Below are positions 7,810 through 20,516 of a stretch of DNA of 35,889 nt, one piece after another. The number at the start of each line of letters is the position of its first letter. Within the stretch, counting starts at the first letter, position 1. This stretch comes from an uncultured Muribaculaceae bacterium. GTDB taxonomy: Bacteria; Bacillota_I; Bacilli_A; RF39; UBA660. The position numbers were made by a program, and so were the translations under genes. Where the stretch lies: assembly GCA_964415015.1 (NCBI GenBank), contig CAYPXM010000002.1, positions 14,269 through 50,157 of the forward strand. Direction: 5' to 3'. The notes beneath the pieces were generated by a model. That model saw nothing but the letters and a program-made list of their open reading frames with translations, was not told the DNA's origin and did not search any database.

Positions 7810-8786
7810 TCCACATTCTTAATCAGAGCTTGATAATTTGGGGATTCTTTTATTAGATCATTTTTCAATAGCATATCACCTAAATTTTGGAAATCAGCTT
7901 CAGGTATAAAGGTGTTACTATACCAAGAATCAGCTTGTTTATAGTTGTTTATAATTCTTTCTAAATCATTAATTGAACTATCTGGAAATTGATCGATAAT
8001 AACGTTAGCGATATTTTTAGCATCATTATTTTTTACATATTCTAATCCCTTATTAATGGCATTACTAAAATTTATTAAGATATCATGATTATCATTATAA
8101 TAACTTAATAAAGTATTAAATGCAGTATATGGAACAGTACCTGAATATGTTCCAACACTAGCCATAATATGACCAAATCCTTGTTTTTCTAATAAAGTTG
8201 CATTTGGTTCAAAGAGATTAACATAATCACCAGTACCACTAATAAAAGCACTAGCTAAATTAGCAAACTCTACTGAGTAATCTAAAGAAACATCAGTTAT
8301 TTCTTCGTTATCTAAGGCATTAATAAAATTTAATGCTGGCATTCCCCCTAAACGACCAACTAAAACCGTTTTATCCTTTACGTCTTCTAGTTTAAAATCA
8401 GGATTATCTTCACGACTAACAATAAATTGGCCATCCCTTTTAGTTAAGCCAGCAAAACTTATTAGATAGTCTTTTTCGCCCCCTTCATAAATGTATATGG
8501 TACTTTCGGGACCACAAAAACCGATTTCTACATCCCCGGATATTACGGCAGCACTAACTTTGTCAGCACCAGGGGTGAGTATAAGTTCGATATCAAGACC
8601 TAAATCATTAAAATAACCATTTTCGATGGCTACATAAAGTGGTGCATAAAAAGCACTATGAGTTACTTCGGCAACTCTAATTTTAGTTAAATCTGAATTA
8701 TCTTCTTGGTTATAAAAGTACACTGATATTGAACTAATTATTACTATTAATAATGATAATATACTAATAATAATTTTTTTCATCAT
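7806..8786 (-). CDS. ABC transporter substrate-binding protein, NMT1/THI5-like (sulfonate/nitrate/pyrimidine-precursor type)
   Basis: N-terminal signal-anchor and GGAGGA RBS. The AEVTHSAFYAPLYVAIENGYF...LDIEL motif is typical of NMT1/SsuA-like binding proteins. It is the first gene of a three-gene minus-strand operon. Confidence 0.75.
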   Translation of the reverse strand: MMKKIIISILSLLIVIISSISVYFYNQEDNSDLTKIRVAEVTHSAFYAPLYVAIENGYFNDLGLDIELILTPGADKVSAAVISGDVEIGFCGPESTIYIYEGGEKDYLISFAGLTKRDGQFIVSREDNPDFKLEDVKDKTVLVGRLGGMPALNFINALDNEEITDVSLDYSVEFANLASAFISGTGDYVNLFEPNATLLEKQGFGHIMASVGTYSGTVPYTAFNTLLSYYNDNHDILINFSNAINKGLEYVKNNDAKNIANVIIDQFPDSSINDLERIINNYKQADSWYSNTFIPEADFQNLGDMLLKNDLIKESPNYQALIKNVE

Positions 8787-8851
8787 ATTCCTCCTTACGT
8801 TACATAGATATTATATGTATTGGAAAAAAAATGGTTAAGGTTAAAACCTAC

Positions 8852-8880
8852 TTGACAAAGTATTATCTTTACGATAAACT
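8852..8880 (+). promoter_or_regulatory. sigma-A-type promoter
   Basis: TTGACA (8852-8857), 17-nt spacer, TAAACT (8875-8880). It makes the ATG at 8881 implausible as a start. Confidence 0.5.
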
Positions 8881-8913
8881 ATGGGACGTGCGCTAAAAAA
8901 AGGGGAGAAATTT

Positions 8914-9276
8914 ATGCCAAGATATGAATTAGATTGTCTTTATGAAGATTTAATCGTAAATAATAATTATAATGAGTTAGTTTTAAAAAAATTAATTACT
9001 TATTATGATAATTTAGGAATATCAGAATATTACATTGTAAAAGCAATGGAAGACTTAAATTGTGATGTATTGTTCGCCACCCAATTAGTATATAGTTTAT
9101 TAGAAGATGCCATTAAAATGGGTAGTAAACTAAACATTTATGGGACGGCAAGAATAATATATACCAGAGATTACATTGAACGTCAATTTAATAATTCCTT
9201 AATTAATACGATTATTAAAGATTACATGAAGAAAAAAAATTATGAATTAAAAGAAGTTTCTAGTTATACTTACTAG
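8914..9276 (+). CDS. hypothetical protein (120 aa, soluble, helical-looking)
   Basis: The ATG at 8914 follows an AGGGGAG RBS. Monocistronic, with its own promoter and terminator. No recognisable motif. Confidence 0.55.
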   Translation: MPRYELDCLYEDLIVNNNYNELVLKKLITYYDNLGISEYYIVKAMEDLNCDVLFATQLVYSLLEDAIKMGSKLNIYGTARIIYTRDYIERQFNNSLINTIIKDYMKKKNYELKEVSSYTY

Positions 9277-9288
9277 AGACTTTTTTTA
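9254..9288 (+). terminator. rho-independent terminator
   Basis: AAGTTTCTA / TAGAGACTT stem (one G.U pair), 11-nt loop, T7 run. It overlaps the TAG stop. Confidence 0.55.
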
Positions 9289-9310
9289 TGATAAAAACAC
9301 GCGCTTTTTC

Positions 9311-9339
9311 TTTACATTCAATTTTGTCTTTGTTATAAT
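9311..9339 (+). promoter_or_regulatory. sigma-A-type promoter of the five-gene operon
   Basis: TTTACA (9311-9316), 17-nt spacer, TGtTATAAT extended -10 (9331-9339). Confidence 0.6.
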
Positions 9340-9372
9340 TTATATTAGAGAATAAGATAGGAGTGGTTTACT

Positions 9373-10635
9373 GTGATAGAAAGAAAAATGTTATCACTAG
9401 AAACAACAGCACTATTAGATAAGCTTTATAATTTACGAGGCGAAGATAGTGTCATTTTAGTAGAAATGGATAAGCAAAAAAGTAAGGCAGAGGAGACTAA
9501 AACTCGCACTAGCGCTGAAAAAATAGAGCTTCAAGGACGGATAACGGATTTAGAAAATGATCATACTAATTTAAATACGCAAGGAGAACGACTAGCAGAT
9601 TTATTATCTAGTATTGATCGTAATGATTATAGTACTGTTTTAGATCGCTTAGAAATTGATTTTGAACCAGTAAGTTTAAAAGATAAATTAGATCAATTAC
9701 TTCCAGAAACAATTAAAAAAGTGGAAAATGAAATTGAAGAAGCGAAACAAAAACTAGCTACTGTAGAAGATGAAATGATGAGTGCTGAAACTACTATTCA
9801 AGAATTAGGAATAAGAAAAGACCAAGCAACATCTAATCAATTACATTTAAATGAATACTTTAATTTAGCTTTAAATGGTAATATTAGTATTACGAGAGAT
9901 GAAATTACGGCTTTATTAATTGAATTAAATTTAAGTGAAGATGAAGCACGTGAAGGAGCAAAATTACTTATGTTCCCTGAAGATGCTTTGTATGAATATG
10001 ATCGTCGTTACAGTAAAGAACCACAAACTGGTAAATCTATTTCTGAAGTATTAGCAGAAGCAAATGCGGCTGTTGAAGAAAAAGAGGAAACGGTTGTTGA
10101 AAATAATGTAATTGAAGAAGAAAGTAACACAGAAGAATCATTTGAAATTGCAGATATTGATAGTGAAGAAATTACCAATGAAGAAATTGAAGAAGAAGTT
10201 GTCGTAAATGATGAAGAACAAGCAGATGAAAATACTGATTTTGAAGAGAGTATTAATGCTTCTTTAAGTGATGATTCTAGTGAAGAAATAAAAAAGATTT
10301 TAGCCGATCATAATATTGACTTCTTAGATATAAGTAGTGATGATATGGCTAAGATAGTAGATAATTATGATGGTGAAATCATTAAAAATAATATTGAAAC
10401 AGTAAAAAAACATAGTATTGATACTGATATGTTAGTAGACAACGTTTCATTATTATATGATAAAGAATTAAGCGATAAGATTAATTTACTGATAAGTGTT
10501 GGAAAAGAACCATTAGATATTTATTTTAACGCTAAAGTATTAGTGAAATATGATTTTAAAGGTTTATCTGATGCAATTGAATTATTAAAGGAAAATGGAT
10601 TAGAACCAAAAAAAGTTCCACTTATGGCTTATTAA
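9373..10635 (+). CDS. hypothetical protein: N-terminal coiled coil, central acidic tract, C-terminal mTERF-like helical repeats
   Basis: GTG start 9 nt after AGGAG. Heptad-rich N-terminal half. E/D-rich tract at ~10067..10290. The C-terminus has ~30-aa repeats of the type I..L...G......I. Confidence 0.6.
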   Translation: MIERKMLSLETTALLDKLYNLRGEDSVILVEMDKQKSKAEETKTRTSAEKIELQGRITDLENDHTNLNTQGERLADLLSSIDRNDYSTVLDRLEIDFEPVSLKDKLDQLLPETIKKVENEIEEAKQKLATVEDEMMSAETTIQELGIRKDQATSNQLHLNEYFNLALNGNISITRDEITALLIELNLSEDEAREGAKLLMFPEDALYEYDRRYSKEPQTGKSISEVLAEANAAVEEKEETVVENNVIEEESNTEESFEIADIDSEEITNEEIEEEVVVNDEEQADENTDFEESINASLSDDSSEEIKKILADHNIDFLDISSDDMAKIVDNYDGEIIKNNIETVKKHSIDTDMLVDNVSLLYDKELSDKINLLISVGKEPLDIYFNAKVLVKYDFKGLSDAIELLKENGLEPKKVPLMAY

Positions 10636-10651
10636 TATATGGAGGTATATA

Positions 10652-11011
10652 ATGACTTATATTGAATATCAAAAAATATTAAAATTTTTGGAAAATAACA
10701 AGGTAAAATTATCTCCGGCGGATCAAAAATTTGCTGAAGCTTGTTTAATACGAGTTACTTATGATGATGTAGTTACAAATTTTGATTTGTTAGTTAATAA
10801 CGAATTTAATGTTCTTCGTAAATCAAAAGTATCATTACTAAGAATTTTAACTGCTAATCCAGAGGTATTAGAAGCTGCAATTGGTGCTTTACCTAAAGAT
10901 GATCGTAGTTTAAGAAGCTTAAGAACATTTTATGATAAAGGTAAAGTAATAATTAATAACAAACCAAGTATATATGATGAAACTAGTGAAGTATCTTTTG
11001 GAGGACGTTAA
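10652..11011 (+). CDS. hypothetical protein with mTERF-like helical repeat
   Basis: GGAGG RBS. Motifs ILKFLENNKVKLSPAD and LLRILTANPEVLEAAI resemble the C-terminus of the upstream product. Confidence 0.55.
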   Translation: MTYIEYQKILKFLENNKVKLSPADQKFAEACLIRVTYDDVVTNFDLLVNNEFNVLRKSKVSLLRILTANPEVLEAAIGALPKDDRSLRSLRTFYDKGKVIINNKPSIYDETSEVSFGGR

Positions 11012-11298
11012 TGAAGTATTTAGAAGAATTGGGGTTTACAAAGGAACAAATAAAAACTATTAATGATGGAATATCTGATGTAATTATTGAAGCAATAAAG
11101 GATAATAAGCCATTAATAAAAGTTAATTTAAAATATTTAGAAGATTTAGGAGTAACAAATTATCGAGAAATATTTGTTGAGTATTATGAAATCTTCTTAT
11201 TAGAGCCATCAGCTTTTAGAGGAATTTTTGATCGCTATGATACTGAATCATTAATTCAAAAATTAGCTGAAGATATAAGGGTAATCGAATTTTTATAG
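11011..11298 (+). CDS. hypothetical protein with two mTERF-like motifs
   Basis: TAATG overlap with the previous gene; GGAGGA RBS. Motifs KYLEELGFTKEQIKTI and LKYLEDLGVTNYREIF...FLLEPSAF. Confidence 0.55.
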   Translation: MKYLEELGFTKEQIKTINDGISDVIIEAIKDNKPLIKVNLKYLEDLGVTNYREIFVEYYEIFLLEPSAFRGIFDRYDTESLIQKLAEDIRVIEFL

Positions 11299-11315
11299 AA
11301 ATCAGGTGAGGGTTT

Positions 11316-11819
11316 ATGGATGATTACGATAAATTTGAAAAAGCAAAGAAAAGAAGTTTAAGTAAAGCACCATTCAAAGTCGTTGTTAAAAACATTGAAG
11401 ATGTCTTAGATAAACGTAAATTAGCTGGACTGATGGTTACTTTTTCATTAGTTGTTGGAGCTTCTGTAGCTATTATTGGATGTAATAATGGTGGTAAAAC
11501 CAATGAAGAAAATACTATTATTTCTGAAACTATCACTTATGGTGAACTAAATTATGATTTTGATTTGACGGCAGAAAATATAATAAATAGTGGAGATATC
11601 AACAAAGGTATTTATGAATTTTGTAAAGAAGATGAACATTATATTTTAGGAAATAGTAATATTAATGCTTTAATCTATGTTTTACATGAAAAAGGAGCCA
11701 TAAAAGCAAGTAATTTTGATGAGTTTTTAAGTCTTAATGGTTATGAATCAAAAAAAGATTTTATGGAAGACTATGAATTAAAAGATAAAGAAAATGATAA
11801 TTATGGAGTTAAACAATGA
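11316..11819 (+). CDS. hypothetical membrane-anchored protein (possible lipoprotein)
   Basis: GGTGAGGG RBS. A ~38-aa charged N-terminus is followed by a TM segment ending in AIIGCNNGG (lipobox-like). Confidence 0.5.
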   Translation: MDDYDKFEKAKKRSLSKAPFKVVVKNIEDVLDKRKLAGLMVTFSLVVGASVAIIGCNNGGKTNEENTIISETITYGELNYDFDLTAENIINSGDINKGIYEFCKEDEHYILGNSNINALIYVLHEKGAIKASNFDEFLSLNGYESKKDFMEDYELKDKENDNYGVKQ

Positions 11820-12031
11820 GTAAAGTATGTATGATTAATTTTATGGGTATTGATTATCTTATCTTAAAACGAATTGAAGAATATATTTATTTAGTAAATC
11901 CTGATGATGCAACTGATTTCTTTATAAAAAAAATTATCAAAACCAATGATGGTGAAAAAATAATGGAATTATCTGATGAGTTGGAGTTTGACAAAGCCCT
12001 ATTAATGTATCAAAAAGATGTGAAACTATAA
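11816..12031 (+). CDS. small protein, DUF1292-like (71 aa)
   Basis: ATGA overlap with the previous gene. The pattern IDYLILKRIEEYIYLVNPDD...DGEKIMELSDELEFDKAL resembles UPF0473/DUF1292 proteins. Confidence 0.45.
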   Translation: MSKVCMINFMGIDYLILKRIEEYIYLVNPDDATDFFIKKIIKTNDGEKIMELSDELEFDKALLMYQKDVKL

Positions 12032-12049
12032 GGAAACTTATAGTTTTTA
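12023..12049 (+). terminator. rho-independent terminator
   Basis: AAACTATAAG / CTTATAGTTT 10-bp stem, GAAA loop, T-run. It overlaps the TAA stop. Confidence 0.7.
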
Positions 12050-12091
12050 TATGCTAATTTTGGTATAATATAAATAGGAACTGGTGATGTT

Positions 12092-16183
<4,092 letters not shown>

Positions 16184-16212
16184 TTTACAATAAATTAATT
16201 AAATACTATAAT
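16184..16212 (+). promoter_or_regulatory. sigma-A-type promoter
   Basis: TTTACA (16184-16189), 17-nt spacer, TATAAT (16207-16212). Confidence 0.6.
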
Positions 16213-16236
16213 TATCATAGTAGGAGATTAACATAT

Positions 16237-17343
16237 ATGAAAAAGAAATTTATAGTAACTTTAGGCGTTATGTTATCACTAATTATTATTGCCGGTTCAT
16301 CATATGCTTATTATCAAATTAATCCAATAGGTGAATCTAGTGATGTAGAAATAGTAGCTAAAGATCTAAAAGTAAAGTATTCTGATGGTCCAGAAATAAA
16401 TGTAGATGATTTTTTGCCCGGTGGTAGTGTAGTTAAAACCTTTAGTATTGAAAATGAGGGAACAGAAGATATCAATTATGCCATAAACATTGAAGATATA
16501 ACCAATGATTTTATATATAAAGGTGATATCCTTATTACATTAACTAGTAATTATGTAAGTGGTCATATTGAAGATATTTCTTTTCCAAGTCGTAATCGAA
16601 CAATCTTAAAAAATTTAACCATCACTCCAAATGAAACTCATAGTTATACAATGACGATTGAATTTATAAATGATGGTGATCAATCAGAAGATATGAATAA
16701 AACAATATCTGGTAAAGTTCAAGTAATTGAAAATGCTAACGCCTTAAAACCATGTGAAATGACTAATGATGTTAATGGTAATGGAGTAGCTGATATAGGT
16801 GATGAAGTAACTTGTGACTCTGAATCATTTTATGTATATGATAATACTGGAGACAACTTAAAAATGCTTGCTAAGTATAATTTGTATGTAGGTGATGAGT
16901 ATTCTTTATCAACTGGTATCAGAAAACAATATCAAAATTTTTCTGGAATTCAAAATAGTGAAATGAGAGGATATATTGTTAACGATGATATAAGAAAGGG
17001 GACAACAAGATTTTCTGTTATATCCAATGATTATGAAGGTAGTGATGTTAAATCATATGTGGAATTCTATGAATCATATCTTAATATCAATTTAGGTGTA
17101 GTTAATACCGCATATTTATTATCTTCTAATGAAGCAAATAGCCTTGGTTGTTCTCCCTTATCTGTATGTGTAAATTCGCCATATTCTTGGTTATTTACAT
17201 CAAGTTATTGGTTAAGTGACGGCGACAATAATGATCAACATTATTTTATTCGTAATAATAAGCAATTATTTATGACTAAATATTCATATATAAATAATGA
17301 TGGTGTCCGTCCAGTTATAACCATTGCTAAAAATTTAGTTTAG
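16237..17343 (+). CDS. secreted two-domain surface protein: SipW-type signal + TasA-like N-domain + DUF6273-like C-terminal domain (paralogue of 4931..6280)
   Basis: AGGAG RBS. The signal ends in GSSYAYYQ. N-domain: LKVKYSDGPEINVDDFLPGGSVVKTFSIENEGT, NETHSYTMTIEF, ISGKVQVIE. C-domain: AYLLSSNEANSLG, SYWLSDG, DGVRPVITI. Confidence 0.7.
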   Translation: MKKKFIVTLGVMLSLIIIAGSSYAYYQINPIGESSDVEIVAKDLKVKYSDGPEINVDDFLPGGSVVKTFSIENEGTEDINYAINIEDITNDFIYKGDILITLTSNYVSGHIEDISFPSRNRTILKNLTITPNETHSYTMTIEFINDGDQSEDMNKTISGKVQVIENANALKPCEMTNDVNGNGVADIGDEVTCDSESFYVYDNTGDNLKMLAKYNLYVGDEYSLSTGIRKQYQNFSGIQNSEMRGYIVNDDIRKGTTRFSVISNDYEGSDVKSYVEFYESYLNINLGVVNTAYLLSSNEANSLGCSPLSVCVNSPYSWLFTSSYWLSDGDNNDQHYFIRNNKQLFMTKYSYINNDGVRPVITIAKNLV

Positions 17344-17368
17344 ATAGCATGTTGCTATTCTTTTTTTT
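17343..17368 (+). terminator. weak rho-independent terminator
   Basis: GATAGCA / TGCTATT 7-bp stem (one G.U pair), 3-nt loop, T8 run. Confidence 0.4.
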
Positions 17369-17377
17369 ACTATTTTT

Positions 17378-17386
17378 TGGTATAAT
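17378..17386 (+). promoter_or_regulatory. extended -10 promoter element of the TIR gene
   Basis: TGgTATAAT, with a poor -35. It lies 27 nt upstream of the ATG at 17413. Confidence 0.45.
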
Positions 17387-17412
17387 TACTATGTTTGAAA
17401 GAGGGAAGTAAT

Positions 17413-19785
17413 ATGGCTAAAAATAATAGTTATCATTATGATGCATTTATCAGTTACAGACATAGTGAATTAGATAAATATGTTGCTGAAACTCTACATC
17501 ATTTATTAGAAACATATAAATTACCAAAAAGCATTAAAGAAAAATATGGTATAACCAGAAATGGCATTAATCGGATATTTCGTGATCGAGAAGAATTACC
17601 ACTTGCTAGTAATTTAGAGGATCCAATTATTGATGCCCTAAAAAATAGTGATTATTTAATCGTTATTTGTTCACCACGCTTAAAAGAATCGATGTGGTGT
17701 AAAAGAGAAATAGAAACTTTTATTGATTTACATGGTAGAGATCATGTATTATCGGTTTTAATTGAAGGTGAACCAAAGGACTCATTTCCTGATGAACTAC
17801 TATATAGTTATGAATTAGTTAAAGGCAAGAAAGTAAAAAAATGTGTTGAACCACTAGCAGCTGATGTCAGAGGGAATAATAAAAAAGAGGTTAAAAAACT
17901 GATTAAAGCAGAGATGTTACGTCTTTTAGCACCTATTTTTGATTTGAATTACGATGATTTAAAACAACGACATAAAGAAAGAAAACAAAAACAACTAGTA
18001 GCATTGATTTCTAGTATTTGTATATTTTTATTAATATTTAGTATTTATACTACTTCAATGGTTCTAATTATTAATCAACAAAAAAATATGTTGCGTACTG
18101 ATCAAGCCAGTAATTTAGCCAGAGAAGCGAGCGAATTATTAAAAAAGGATGATCGTAAGAATGCTACTCATAAAGCATTAATGGCTTTAACCTCTTATAA
18201 AGGGGTAAAGATGCCTTATACTAGTGATGCTGAATATGTATTATCAGATAGTCTTAATGTGTATGACATTGGTAGAAGTAGTGAAGCTTTATACCAATTA
18301 GATACTAAAGGAGTAATTAATAATTATCAATTAAGTCCGGATAAAAACTTATTATTAACATATGATAATTCAAATACTTTAACTTTATGGAATATTAAAA
18401 AAGGAACTATTATCTTAAGTGTTAATGATATATCAGCACTCGGATTTGATACCAATAATTATGCATTCTTTGGAAATGATTATTTTATGTATGAGAGTTT
18501 AGATAATACAATTAATATTATAAGTATTAAGGATAAAAAGATTAAAAAAAGTATTAAATTAGACAGTCTAGTGGCTTTAAATGCTAGTGATGATGGTAAA
18601 TTTTTTGCCCTTACAAATCAAGAAGATATTACGATTTATAATAATGAATACAAAATAATTAAAACCATTAAGGGTGATAAAACGAAAGACATACTAACTA
18701 ATTTTTATTTCTTTAATGAGTATTTATTATATGCTACGGGGGATAATGGTTTTGATAATTTAGATAAATTTGGTTCTCTAGCGATAAATATTATAAATCT
18801 TGAAAATATGAATATAGATAAATATGAAGTGTCTGGTAAATATTTAAAAAGCCTTGATATTAAAGACAATAATGTATTCTTATTAACGGCTGATTCAGCT
18901 AAATTAGATTATCAATCCCATTTAATTAGTATTAATTATAAAACTGGTAAATTAAATTATGAGAAGACTTATAATAATGAATTTGCTACTAAAATGGTAG
19001 TATCAAGTAGTACTAATTACATCGCTATTGCTTCAAGTTTTTTTGTTCACTTAGTAAATAGTAATAATGGTGATATTGTTAATGATTCACCAATTGGTGA
19101 ATCAGTTGTAGGTATTATTCCATCTAAATCTGGAGATATGTTTTTAGCTTTTTCTCGTTCTGGAGAAAATTTCATTATTGATACTAAAACATATAATACC
19201 ACGACGATAAAATCATTATTTAAATTTAATGCCGGAAGTTATAACGAAATAAGTTTATCCACTGCCGGATACTTAGGAGTAGTATTTAATGATAACCGGG
19301 TAATTGTTTATAATTATTATGATAATCAAGATTTAAAAGATATTAATAAAAAAATAAGTACTCCAGAATATTTGTCATATAGTGAGATCAAAAAACTAGC
19401 TGAAGATTTAGATCTAGAAAAAAAGAATTTAGTAACTGGGATAGTAGAAGAAAAAGACTTAGCCTATGTTAGTTATACTGATAAAACACTAGATATTATT
19501 AATACTAAAAATAATGAAGTAATAAATACGATTAATGATCTAACATGTGATATTACTTACTACTATGGAAAAACTAAAGATGGAAACATCATTGTTGGGG
19601 GTAGTGGATATGGTTATATTTTAAATAAGAATTATGAAAAAATTGCTGAAGTAGAAGGTTTAGTTGGATATGACAAAGAAAAGAATTGTTTATATATTAG
19701 TAATAATAGTAAAACATATCAATTACCAATTAAATCAACTAAAGAATTAATTGAGATTGCTAAAAAAATGACTGAGTGCTATTAA
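17413..19785 (+). CDS. TIR domain - single TM - extracytoplasmic WD40-like beta-propeller protein
   Basis: The ATG at 17413 follows a GAGGGA RBS (the track's TTG at 17395 is rejected). TIR motifs: YDAFISYRH, IFRDREEL, YLIVICSP, SMWCKREIETF (Glu99, nt 17707-17709). A basic stretch KQRHKERKQKQ precedes a hydrophobic helix (~17995-18072). Blades then repeat, e.g. YQLSPDKNLLLTYDNSNTLTLWNIKKG. Confidence 0.85.
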   Translation: MAKNNSYHYDAFISYRHSELDKYVAETLHHLLETYKLPKSIKEKYGITRNGINRIFRDREELPLASNLEDPIIDALKNSDYLIVICSPRLKESMWCKREIETFIDLHGRDHVLSVLIEGEPKDSFPDELLYSYELVKGKKVKKCVEPLAADVRGNNKKEVKKLIKAEMLRLLAPIFDLNYDDLKQRHKERKQKQLVALISSICIFLLIFSIYTTSMVLIINQQKNMLRTDQASNLAREASELLKKDDRKNATHKALMALTSYKGVKMPYTSDAEYVLSDSLNVYDIGRSSEALYQLDTKGVINNYQLSPDKNLLLTYDNSNTLTLWNIKKGTIILSVNDISALGFDTNNYAFFGNDYFMYESLDNTINIISIKDKKIKKSIKLDSLVALNASDDGKFFALTNQEDITIYNNEYKIIKTIKGDKTKDILTNFYFFNEYLLYATGDNGFDNLDKFGSLAINIINLENMNIDKYEVSGKYLKSLDIKDNNVFLLTADSAKLDYQSHLISINYKTGKLNYEKTYNNEFATKMVVSSSTNYIAIASSFFVHLVNSNNGDIVNDSPIGESVVGIIPSKSGDMFLAFSRSGENFIIDTKTYNTTTIKSLFKFNAGSYNEISLSTAGYLGVVFNDNRVIVYNYYDNQDLKDINKKISTPEYLSYSEIKKLAEDLDLEKKNLVTGIVEEKDLAYVSYTDKTLDIINTKNNEVINTINDLTCDITYYYGKTKDGNIIVGGSGYGYILNKNYEKIAEVEGLVGYDKEKNCLYISNNSKTYQLPIKSTKELIEIAKKMTECY

Positions 19786-19801
19786 CAAAATAATAAAACC
19801 A

Positions 19802-19810
19802 TGTTATAAT
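19802..19810 (+). promoter_or_regulatory. extended -10 promoter element
   Basis: TGtTATAAT lies 22 nt upstream of the ATG at 19833. There is no terminator between the TIR gene and this element. Confidence 0.4.
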
Positions 19811-19832
19811 TACGTCGTAAAGAGGGAATCAA

Positions 19833-20516
19833 ATGAAAAAGAAGTTAATTATTTTAGGGGTTGTGGCTTTAATTATTGTTTTATTAAATGCGATTTATTA
19901 TAGTTTTATTTATCATAAACCAATTGATTCGGAAGTATTAAACAAAATTAAAGCTAAAAAATTAATGATCGTTGCTCATCCTGATGATGAAATTATTTGG
20001 GGTGGAAGTCATTTAATTGATGACGAATACTTTGTTGTATGTTTAACAAATGCGAATGATGAAGTACGAAGTGAAGAATTTAAAAAAGCGATGGCTTATA
20101 CTAATGATGCATATATAATGCTTGATTATCAAGATAGATTTATGGATAAAAAAAGTCGTTGGACAATTGAACAATTCTTTATTAAGCGTGATTTAAAACA
20201 AATAATTAACTTAAAAAATTGGGAAGAAATAGTAACTCATAATCCGGATGGGGAATATGGACATATTCAACATAAATTAACTAGTAAATATGTAACAAAA
20301 TATGCTAAAGATAAGAATTTATTATATTTTGGTTATTACTATGAAAAAGAAATTCCTAATAATGTAAGTACTATTCCGGATATTAATTATCAAAAAAAGA
20401 TTACTGACTTGGTAGAAATTTATAAGTCACAAAAGATTTTAAAACCTTATGGTCAAATGTTAAACCATGAAAGTTGGGTTAGTTATGAGGACTGGGAAAA
20501 AAACCAAACAAAATAA
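19833..20516 (+). CDS. PIG-L/LmbE family deacetylase with N-terminal signal-anchor
   Basis: AGAGGGA RBS. N-terminal TM MKKKLIILGVVALIIVLL. Motif MIVAHPDDEIIWGG (the AHPDDE zinc-site motif) and a later HNPDGEYGHIQH. Confidence 0.8.
   Translation: MKKKLIILGVVALIIVLLNAIYYSFIYHKPIDSEVLNKIKAKKLMIVAHPDDEIIWGGSHLIDDEYFVVCLTNANDEVRSEEFKKAMAYTNDAYIMLDYQDRFMDKKSRWTIEQFFIKRDLKQIINLKNWEEIVTHNPDGEYGHIQHKLTSKYVTKYAKDKNLLYFGYYYEKEIPNNVSTIPDINYQKKITDLVEIYKSQKILKPYGQMLNHESWVSYEDWEKNQTK

Noticed and set aside
8787-8913. TPP or other riboswitch upstream of the NMT1/THI5-type ABC operon.
   Set aside because: Only ~95 nt lie between the SBP start and the divergent promoter. No CUGAGA/ACCUGA-type TPP core or extended conserved helices are seen on the minus strand.
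11816-11819. Possibility of Mollicutes genetic code 4 (TGA = Trp), given the extreme AT-richness.
   Set aside because: Long ORFs are intact under code 11 and Trp positions use TGG (e.g. WC..E in the TIR). TGA terminates three genes at sensible operon junctions (ATGA overlaps at 11816-11819 and 7806-7809).
17413-19785. Classifying the TIR gene as Thoeris ThsB, a CBASS/Pycsar effector or SPARTA.
   Set aside because: No ThsA (SIR2/SLOG/Macro), CD-NTase or pyrimidine cyclase, STING/SAVED or short pAgo/APAZ gene is adjacent or anywhere in the window. The TM plus propeller architecture is also unlike those TIR proteins.
20497-20503. Homopolymeric A7 tract in the PIG-L/yfhO overlap (and similar A/T runs elsewhere) as phase-variation switches.
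   Set aside because: A/T runs of 7-8 nt are frequent throughout this AT-rich window, including in housekeeping genes, so there is nothing specific to suggest slipped-strand regulation.
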